A DNA stretch of 64,000 nt from Eledone cirrhosa (taxonomy: Eukaryota), in the NCBI GenBank assembly GCA_964016885.1, contig CAXHJY010000286.1, forward strand, positions 1 to 64,000, in the 5' to 3' direction. This document shows positions 54,692 to 64,000 of this stretch, one piece after another. Within the stretch, counting starts at the first letter, position 1. The number at the start of each line of letters is the position of its first letter. The notes below the pieces were generated by a model. The model was not told the origin of the DNA, made no database searches, and was given only the letters and a program-made list of their open reading frames with translations. The position numbers were made by a program, and so were the translations under genes.

Positions 54692-55443
54692 TGTTGCTGT
54701 TACAATAATCGTAGTGGTTGTAGTAGTTGTTGTTGCTGTTGTAATAATAATAGTAGTGGTAGTAGTAGTTGCTGTTGTAGTAGTAGTGGTGGTGGTAGTA
54801 GTAGTTGCTGTTGTAATAGTAGTAGTAGTGGTGGTGGTGGTGGTGGTGGTAGTTGTTGCTGTTACAATAATCGTAGTGGTAGTAGTAGTTGTAGTAGTTA
54901 TTCTTGTTGCTGTTGTAATAATAGTAGTAGTGGTAGTAGTAGTTGCTGTTGTAGTAGTAGTGGTGGTGATAGTAGTTGTAGTAGTTATTGTTGTTGCTGT
55001 TGTAATAATAGTAGTGGTGGTAGTAGTAGTTGCTGTTGTAATAGTAGTAGTAGTGGTGGTAGTAGTAGTTGCTGTTGTAATAGTAGTAGTAGTGGTGGTA
55101 GTAATAGTAGCTGTTGTAATAGTAGTAGTAGTAGTAGTAGTTGCTGTTGTAATAGTAGTAGTAGTGGTGGTAGTAGTTGTTGTTGTAATATAATAGTAGT
55201 GGTGGTAGTAGTAGTTGCTGTTGTAATATAATAGTAGTGGAGTGGTGGTAGTAGTAGTTGCTGTTGTAATAGTAGTGGTGGTGGTGGTAGTAGTTGCTGT
55301 TGTAATAATGGTAGTAGTAGTAGTAGTAGTTGTAATAATAGTAGTAGTAGTAGTAGTTGTTGCTGTTGTAATGATAGTAGTGGTGGTAGTAGTAATAGTG
55401 GTGACAATAGTATTAGTAGTAGTGGTGGCACTAGTAGTAGTAA
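54280..55443. repeat. (GTA/GTG/GTT)n trinucleotide tract
   Basis: Direct inspection. Confidence 0.96.
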
Positions 55444-56174
55444 CAAAACCCAAACTAAGGAAATATTTGATTAAATTTGACATATCTAGGTTTGAAGTGA
55501 ATGGATACATCTCGCAAAACAGCAGATATCAAATAGTAAGACATATTTCATTAAGACGTTTGTAGTTTTATGAACAAACCAAATGAAACCAATAGCAAAT
55601 GTTAAGCATACCCAACAGTTTATCATTTACTTTCATATTACAGACGATATATAAAGCCAGATGGATTTTCTTGTCAATATGGCACTTCGCAATACTTGTC
55701 TTTAAAAAAATAAATAGCTAGGATGAATTAAATGCTGGTAGTGAAATAAATTGCTTGTTGAGATAGTTGGCACCGCGCGTTCGCAATATTTCCTTCGTAA
55801 AACATCGACGTTGTATTCGTTGACATCGAGAACATCAAAAACATTAATAATAAAAGGTGTGAAATGATATATAGTATTGTTATAACACCAAGGTGTGTGT
55901 GAGTGTCCAGATTGTACGTACTGCAAGGGGAATCCATTAGGCCCTGCCGTATTGGAATACTTTTGTACAAATATGTATGTGCCCATCAGTGTGCAATGCA
56001 TGTGCACGTTTATATCTATAAACATCAAAAGGTATGCAAATTTGTGTATATTTGTGTTGCACCATAGAACATGTGTGTTTACGTATGTCATTGTGTTTAT
56101 ATGTGGATAGAGATGGATGTAGAATGTATGCTGATGTAGGTATGTATGTTGACGTGTGTATGTTGTGGGTCGTC

Positions 56175-57796
56175 TTAGGGCGAAGTGTTTAGAAGGGGTC
56201 CGTATTTGTTAATAAAGTGAGATTCCTTGCTGATGCGCTGGGTGTGGGTGGCATTATCTTTAAATTTGTAGAGGGGAAAGATTCTGAAGTTGGGATGATT
56301 TTGGGCGGCACAGGTATCAATGTGTTCACTCAGTGGTATTTTCCTGTATTCCCGTATTTTAATTTGGGATCTATGGACAGTCATGCGTTGGCGGAGGCTG
56401 TTTTTTTTCTGGCCTATGTATTGTTCTCGACAACCTGAGCAAGTTAATACATATATTAGATTTTCTGATGCGCATGTGAAATTGTGTTTTACTTTAAAAC
56501 GTTGTCCTTCTTTGAAATAGAATTCCGAACCCTCTATTAGGTTGATGCATATACCACAGTTGGGTCTATCGCATTTTTTTTACTGTGGGTTTCGTTGTTG
56601 TGGTTGGCAGTACTTTGGCATGTGTTAGGATGTTTTTCATTGACTTAGATTGTCTTTTGCTCTTTATGATATCGTGTGTTCAAAGGATTTGGTTCATTCT
56701 ATGGTCCTTTTTCAACACAGGGATGTTCTGGAGGATGTTGTCAAAGGCCTCATTGTTGAGGGGGTTGTGTGTGGAGATGTATGGAAGAGCTTTTAGTGTC
56801 GGTTGATTTACTTTAGGGTGTCTAAGGTCCTGGGTACTGAGTTTTAGGGCACGTTGGATTCCATTGTCAATTAGTGATGCAGGGTAGTCCCTGCCTATGA
56901 GTGTGTCCTTTAGTTCTTGTAGCCGTAAGTAACAGGTGTTTGTATTGGAGACTATAGTACAGATTCTCTTGGCTAAGTTGTAGGGAATATTAATTTTAAC
57001 GTGTCTAGGGTGGCAAGAGTTGAAAGGAAGATATTGCTTGGAGTCTGTGGGCTTGTAGTATATGTCTGTTTCTATTTTTTTGTTATGAATCTTAATGAGG
57101 ATGTCGAGGAAGGGGAGTTGTTGATGGCTGTATTCCATCGTAAAGTTAATATTCGTGCTGAGCCCATTTATAAGGGTGTGAAATTCTTTAAGTTTCTCGA
57201 TGTTTTCGTGCCAATGGATGAAGCAGTCATCTAGATATCGCTTCCAGTTCCTTTCTATGTGTAAGTGGGGAGTGTTTCCAAATTTGTTTAGTACTTTAGT
57301 GTAGAGGGTGATTTCCAGGTATCCTATGACTAGGTTGGCATAAGTGGGGGCTGTTTTCGTTTCCATAGCGGTCCAAGATTTCTGCCTGTAGGATTTGTTA
57401 TTGAAAACGAAGTAATTGTTCTCCAAGATAAATTTGAGTCCCTCTATCACGAATTCTTTTTTGATGCGTTGTGGGAGTTCATTGTGGTAATTATCCAGCC
57501 AGAATTGGATAGCTTCTATTCCTAGGTTGTGGGGGATGTCGGAGTATAGGTTGACTACATCGAACGTCACTAGTAGGGTTTGTTCAGAAAGGGGCATATT
57601 AGGGAGGTGATTGAACATATCTAGGTCGTCCCTTATATAGCTTTTGATGTGTTTGAGAAAAGGCTTTAGAAGGGTATCAATGAAGTTGCTAAGGCGGTGG
57701 GTTTCGCAAGCGGGGCCTGCTATTATAGGTCTTAATTTGAGATCATTGGGTGAGGGGACATTGATGACTATATCTGTGGCTTCCTTGCATGCCTTA

Positions 57797-57797
<1 letters not shown>
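56175..57797 (-). pseudogene. Penelope-like element (Neptune-type) RT + GIY-YIG, 5'-truncated at (TA)n
   Basis: LRPIIA, FDVVNLYSDIP, AMETKTAPTYANL, RYLDD, LPFLDI; after a stop and frameshift: Cys linker CDRPNCGIC, then NLIY..CSGC..QYIGQ..LRQRMTVH. Confidence 0.92.
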
Positions 57798-57855
<58 letters not shown>

Positions 57856-58155
57856 AAGTGAGTCCTTCATCAGTGACCCTCCAACCGTCCTCGGCATTTC
57901 ATCGCTTTAAGGGCCATATGCCTCAGGTTGGTGCGAACAACGGCTAAAAAAAGTCGTTGGGACACGTAAATAAAGGGGGACGCTAGAGTAACAACAAAAG
58001 GGTTTAAGCAACGGAAAGTGAGTAGAAATAGACAAGTCCCAGATCTCTATGAATATAAACTCTGTGAAATCGTGAACAAGAGACGAAAGACCATCGAACC
58101 TGGTAGAAATGTGAGCAAGGAAAGAATTTCGCCCAAGTTTGACGGGGGGGGGGGG

Positions 58156-58243
58156 AAGTTATTTAGCCAGCAGCTCCTGTGTAAGCATATATATATATAT
58201 ATATATATATGTGCTTACACAGGAGCTGCTGGCTAAATAACTT
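58156..58243. repeat. Palindrome with ~31-bp arms centred on (TA)n
   Basis: aagttatttagccagcagctcctgtgtaagc (at)n gt gcttacacaggagctgctggctaaataactt. Confidence 0.9.
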
Positions 58244-58509
58244 TTGATATCAATGGGTTATAGACATATGTAAAATCAATTAGTGGTCAGTTCTTCAGTC
58301 TAAATTCCCTAGGGAGAATAGTTTTTGTACAAGTAGAAAACATGTATGTAATCTTATATATAAATCTATATATACACACACTCCCAGACAAGCGAATGTG
58401 AAAGACCAAATGTTATTACTGAAAGTCTCTGGGTGTGTATATTTCGCAAGGTATTTTATATTTTTATTGGAGTAGGGAAGAACGGTCACTTGCATACTCT
58501 ACTCTAAAT

Positions 58510-58602
58510 AACTTGCCTTTCATCCTTACGGGGGTCGATAAAATAAAGTACCAGTAATGTACTGTGTATTTGCTGGCCTTGTGCCAAAAGTAGAAACAAT
58601 TA
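58510..58602 (+). mobile_element. SINE 3' half
   Basis: ttgcctttcatccttacgggggtcgataaa..gtagaaacaatt. Confidence 0.85.
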
Positions 58603-59314
58603 TATATTTTACAGCTTTTCTCAACAATCTTAATCTCTGTTTTGGATTTAAAAAATAATAATAATAAATAAATAATTAATAAAAAAAATAGGACTTGTTT
58701 TGAGGCACTTGATTGATTTTTCTCTCCCTCGTATTACCTTATCTAACAGTAAGTCCTGTTTATAGGGCAAGTATAATATAATCTATACCAGATGGGACCA
58801 TAAATCCATGACGTTTCGAAACCTGAAGTTGTAGCGATAATGAAGGAAGAAAAAGATAATGTCGTCTGCTTATTTTTTCTTTGAATTTTTTGGGTTATAT
58901 TTAGTTTTTCTTTATGCACACGCACACATACATACACACACACGCACATACACACACGCACATACACACACACATACATACATACATACACACACGCACA
59001 CGCACATACACACACACACATATACATACACACAGACACACATAGACAGACAGACAAACACAGGCAGACAGACAGACAGACAGACAGACAGATTTCTGTT
59101 TATTTGCCACTAGGGCACAAAAGAAAGGGACATGTACATGGGTGGGGGGAGTTTACATGAAAATCGAGTAAGAAAAATATAACAAACAAAATAATAACAA
59201 GAAGGTCCTCAATAGAGAGGGATCGTTTTGGGGTCACACACACCCCCGAAAAAAAGTGTGCGACCCTTCTCCACGGGAGCACAAAGAGAGGGTGCTCCCT
59301 TCTTTCTGTTCCAC

Positions 59315-62300
59315 CTACAGGCTGAGGTAGAGAGAAGGCCCATTCACACGGGCCATTCTCGCAACTTTCACCCACCTTTCATAAAACTGGCTGGAGTGGA
59401 GCACCTCTCTCTCCATTCTGATCCTTCTTCCGAAATGGTATCGGAAGAAAAGGACCAGTTGTTGGCCGGAGAGAAAGGTGTCCGACCTCAGCCCTTTCAG
59501 ACGCGTCCACCATATAGCCTCTTTTACCATGGCTATTACACAGAGGAAGACCGCCTCTCCTTCATTTTTGAAGGGGGGAGGCGGCTTGATCGTTACAATG
59601 GACTCGGTGGTCAACCTAATTGGTCCCACCCGTGACAGCAGTTGTTCGACATAGCCCCACAGATCGGCAACGCCCGGGCAGTGCACCAATGCGTGCGCGA
59701 CGGTTTCCTCGTCGCGCACGCATCTGGGACAGATCTTTTTCGAGGGGTCCCTACCCGGGCGCCCGTGTCTGTAGAGCTTATCCCGAACGGGCAGCGCCCC
59801 TCGGTAGCACTGCCAGGCCAAGGACATCTGGAAGTTGTCCATAGGTCCCGGGCCGAAAGTCCTACCGAATAGACTGGCCAGTTCGTCCTCCTCCATGCCT
59901 AGGGCTTCTCCGAGGGCGTCGTCGCACCCGCTAACCACCAGCCCTCTATAGAATGACGAGGTGGAGTCTCCGTCGATAGCCGGGTCCGCCTGCCAGAGAG
60001 CCGTGAGCGCCTGGGCACACTCGGTGTGCCAGTCGCCCAGTTTTCTCGGTCTTTGCTTCACCCAGGACTGCAGCTCGGTGAGCGAGACGAGCCTCGGGAA
60101 GGCTCGCCTCACAAACGGGGCCCACACCGGTTGACCGGTGAGGAATACGTGGAGGTGCCTTAGCCTCAATGCGTGTTTACGCATTTTTAGCCACGGCATC
60201 CCCAGCCCTCCTTTCAAAGGGTGTTGACAGCAGATGGATCTCCTCACCAGAGGAGACCTCTTCTTCCAAAGGAAATAAAAGAGGGCGCGCTCCATTTTGG
60301 CGAGGATCTCACCCGGGCAAGGTACGACAGTCAAGCGGTAATAGATGACGGACGCTATGTAAGCGTTCGCCACCTCCGCCCGACCTTTCAGGGATAGTTT
60401 GCACTCGGCCCACTTCTGGGTCAGTGCAAACACCCTATTCGTCACCTCACCCCAGTTTTTCTCCACCTGGAGGTCCGGTCCGAACCAGACCCCAAGCAAC
60501 TTCACCGGGCCCTCCGTCCACCGTCCGACGATACCGTCGCACGACATCGCTTTGCCCCTCCACTCGCCGAGTTGCAAAGCGACTGACTTGTCCCGGTTCA
60601 GCTTAGCCCCTGTCAACCTTTCGTACTCCTCTAGTAAGGTGCCGATTGCCTCGATTTCCGAGGTGGTCGACACCATTACTGTTACGTCATCGGCGTAGGC
60701 CGACACCGCTTTGCGCAATCCCGGTTCCAAAGGGATGCCCTGCAACAACTCCAACTTCCGCAGTAATGGCTCGAGAGCCAACACATACAGAAGGGAGGAG
60801 AGAGGGCACCCCTGTCGGATGGAGCGGGTGATTTCGAACGGCTCCGAAAGGTAGCCGTTCACCTTGACTCTAGAGCAGATGCGGCTGCTGTGCATGGCAG
60901 TGATCCAGCCCCTGAAAACGGGTCCGAACCCAGCCGCCGCTAGCACCGCATCCAGGTAACCATGGTCCAACCTATCGAACGCTTTAGACTGATCTAAATT
61001 TATCAGGGCCCCACCAAAGCCGGGTTCGTTCCCAACCCTCTCTATGATGTATCGCATGAGGTGGAGGTTGTCGTGGATGGACCTGGACGGGATAGCGCAT
61101 GTCTGCGCATCTCCCACCAGGCCCCCCACGACAAGCGCCAACCTCTTCGCTAACACCTTCGCCAAAATCTTTAACTCTGCATTTAGCAGAGTTATGGGCC
61201 TAAAATTACTAATGTCATCCCCCTTGTTCTCGTCCTTCCTCACTAGCGAGACTACGCCCTTGGTCACAGAACAGGGAATTCTCCCGTTCTGTTGCCAGTT
61301 GCAGTAGACCGCCTCGAGGAGATCGGGGAACAAGTCCGGCATATAGTTCGTAGGGCAGACCATCGAGTCCTGGAGATTTGCGTTTGCCGCATAGGCTCAG
61401 CACGTCCCCTATTTCAGCTGCTGAGATCGGCCCGTCGCAGGACCTCGCCTCCCTGTCCGAAAGACGCGACAGGCCGTCGAGGTATGGACCGAAATCCACA
61501 TCTCCAACCGGCTCCCCGCCCCTCCCGAACAATTGGGCAAAGTGCCTTTGAAAGGCCTCGCACATTTGCTTAGGTTCAAGGATCACCCGTCCATCCTGGT
61601 CTCGCAAAGACCGGATAGTGGATTTAATCCCACTTTTCGCTTCTGTCACGCGGGCCCAGCTAACAGCTTTGGTCCCCTCGTTTCCCAGAGCACGTATTTT
61701 GCTTCGGACAACGCAGCCTTCGTGTTTCGCGTCGAAGAACTGGTTCAAGACCGTTCTCGACGCTTGCACTCTGGCCACATTGCCGCTTCTCATTGCCTCT
61801 TCAACATTAACTACCAACTCCCTTTCCTTCCTATTTCTATCTGAGGCTAACTCCTTACTAACTCCTATTGAAACTACTCTAATCTCTCTTTTTAGAGAGC
61901 CCCACCACCTGTTGTTGACAATGGCGCCCGTCAACCGCTCCTTAACTAAGGTTCTAATCCGGTCCCTGTACGCTCTACTTGCCGGTAAGGACAAGTTGAG
62001 CTTCCAGTAACCGGGCCCCTGCCTATGCGTTCTATCAAGGTGGACTACGCAGGTCACTAACTTGTGGTCTGAATAGCCCACCACTGGACAACTTAAAAAG
62101 TCCCTATCCTTAATTCTAACTAAGAACCTATCTAGGTACGATCTAGATTGACCACTGTTATTTGACCAGGTCCAGGTTGGTACAGTTGGAAAATCTAATC
62201 GGTATCTATCGGCCAGGTCAAATCGGCCGATTAACCCCTTAAGGCTGTTACACCCCCCTCTATCGGGGCATGCACCTACATAGTCCCAACGTGCATCTAG

Positions 62301-62735
62301 GATACCATTCCAGTCCCCCACTAAAAGCAAGGAGCGGGACGTCCCTAGAAAAGTCTCCAGACGATGGAAGAAGTCCGACCGCATTGCCCCAAAAGGGGCG
62401 TATACGGCGACAAGCCTAAAAGCTTCGCCTTCACCATTGCCAAGGTCCAGAACCACGAGTCGACCCTCCGGGTCCAAGTGTACCGTCTGTGTAGCGAGAC
62501 CCAGATGTTTTTGCAGCAGAACGACAACCCCACCCCCACCTCCGGGCTGACAGAGAGATGCGTGCATCTCAAAGTCATCAAAGGTGGGGGCTAGCTGTCG
62601 CATGCTGCTGATCCGGGCCTCGCAAATAACCATCACATTTATACATTGTGATCTGAGGTCACTTAGAAGTTTAGCTTGCTTCCAAGGTGAGCCCAGGCCA
62701 CGCGCATTTAGACAACCTACTCTTAAGACAGCCAT
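59315..62735 (-). pseudogene. Tx1/L1 ORF2 (APE endonuclease, RT, C-terminal Zn motif), one frameshift near 61342
   Basis: LNARGL, VYAP, GDWN, SYLDR, YSDH; KSPGLDG, FRPITLLN, DQSKAFD, RQGCPLS, YADD; CPRC..ETVAHALVHC. Confidence 0.93.
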
Positions 62736-62855
62736 GTTGGTGGCAAAGAAAGAGGCACTTACCTCTCTGCGTCCCGGGGTTCGGGCCGCTCAGTTTCCAT
62801 GGGGCTGGTGGAGGGGTTGATGGGTGGGGTGGTGGTTTGTGGTGGTGTGGGGGTA

Positions 62856-63998
62856 TTAGTGTGTACGTTTTTTTCTTTTCACTTCTTGGAAGGGAGCCCC
62901 CTCGTCTTCCGACGATATGAGCTCCTCTTCCGTATTGGAGGGGAGGGGTATATCTCCGGGTTGTGTATGAACTGCGTGTGTTTTTGTATTTGTGTTCTGT
63001 GGGGTGGGGCTGGGTGGGACCGTGTTTTGGGTTGTTTTCTTGAGCTGTTGTTGATGTTGTTGTTGTTGTGGTGGTGGTGTTGGTTTTTGTTGTCGTTCTG
63101 GTGGTGATGGTAGTGTATTTTGTTGTTTTTGTGATGGTGGTGCTGGTTGTTTTTGTTGTTGTTGTTGTGGTGTTTGTAGCAGTGGTTTTTTTGTTGTTAG
63201 TAGAGGGCAGGCCGTCCTCAGGTGACCTCTGCCAGCGCAGTGGTAACATGAGGGTCTCCTGCCTTCCACTGTGATATTTATGAAGGTTCGCCCATCCAGT
63301 AGCACTCGGTCAGGTATTCCGGAGATTCTCTCAGGTGTCATCTGTAAGAGAACCTCCAGACTTTTCCCCCCGAACAGTCCACTGGTGGACTCCCCTGCTG
63401 AAATAAGTATATCCTTATCTAGGTCGGTAAATCCTGTTAGGACGGACCAGATGTTAATTTCCGGCGTTGGGCTCCATATTCTTATTCTTTGTGTTCTTCT
63501 TTTATATGTGGGGAAGAAGGTGCCACCGAATATTTTTGCGCCAGCATTTCGTCCTTCATTCGGACCATAATGCTGGCATACAGCCTTCCTCTTTGAATAA
63601 AGAGTATGTCGTTTTTAATTTCTTTCAGAACCAGCTCAATTTGACTTTCGGTCAATTGCGCTGGCTTTCTTGTTTCGTTGGTTATGGTTCTGTAGGTTAC
63701 GGTATTCTTATAAACCTGTTGACGCACTTCTTCTGGGGAGTTGATCGTAAAAGAACCATCCTCCCCAAAAGATACGTATTTTCTAGCCTCTAGCAAATTT
63801 TCCTTGGCGTTCGTGATGTCTATGTATTCCGTGGCTTTCCTGAGTGTTTGGGCAAAAGAAATTTTGTCTTTGTTTGTTGTTGTAATGTTGTTGGTTTCCT
63901 TATTTGTAGTGTTATTTTTTTCTTCAAAATTAAGTTTTTCATTTGAATTAATATTCTTTTTTTTTTCATTGGAGAGGAGGGGCTGTTCAACAGTTTGA
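62856..63998 (-). pseudogene. Tx1/L1 ORF1 (gag-like, CCHC knuckle), frame break near 63530
   Basis: CYHCAGRGHLRTAC zinc knuckle, Q/P-rich tail, FQEVKRKKR; upstream frame 63482-63796. Confidence 0.8.
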
Positions 63999-64000
63999 AC

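Larger units (their letters stand above)
59060..64000 (-). mobile_element. Tx1/L1-group LINE, near full length, 5' end beyond the window
   Basis: ORF1 + ORF2; AATAAA at 59104-59099 followed by a (tctg)n tract. Confidence 0.92.

Noticed and set aside
54138-55565. Thr-rich mucin-like and poly-Val ORFs
   Set aside because: (GTA/GTG)n microsatellite; one ORF starts inside a SINE
57855-57880. CTGATGA on the minus strand; similar lone cores at ~38313(+), ~58292(-) and CTGACAA at ~11829
   Set aside because: No correctly placed GAAA or closing stem I

Overview
AT-rich eukaryotic repeat landscape, most likely cephalopod (Octopus-like). That assignment is an inference from the SINE families and the extreme (TA)n/(TG)n content. 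No host protein-coding gene can be supported, and most long ORFs in the track are microsatellite translations. Real coding remnants are all transposon-derived: a 5'-truncated CR1/L2-superfamily LINE, several RTE fragments, a frameshifted Helitron Rep-helicase, a Neptune-like Penelope element (RT + GIY-YIG) and a near-intact Tx1/L1-type LINE running off the right edge. There are also many tRNA-derived SINEs, MITEs, non-autonomous Helitrons, a young ~610-bp element in (TA)n tracts, and several minisatellites. The most notable signal is a set of short islands inside (TA)n tracts. They carry at least eight hand-foldable minimal type I hammerhead ribozymes and about a dozen fold-back palindromes with family-specific breakpoints. 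This is consistent with several TA-targeting Penelope-like families. Coordinates of degenerate repeats are approximate.
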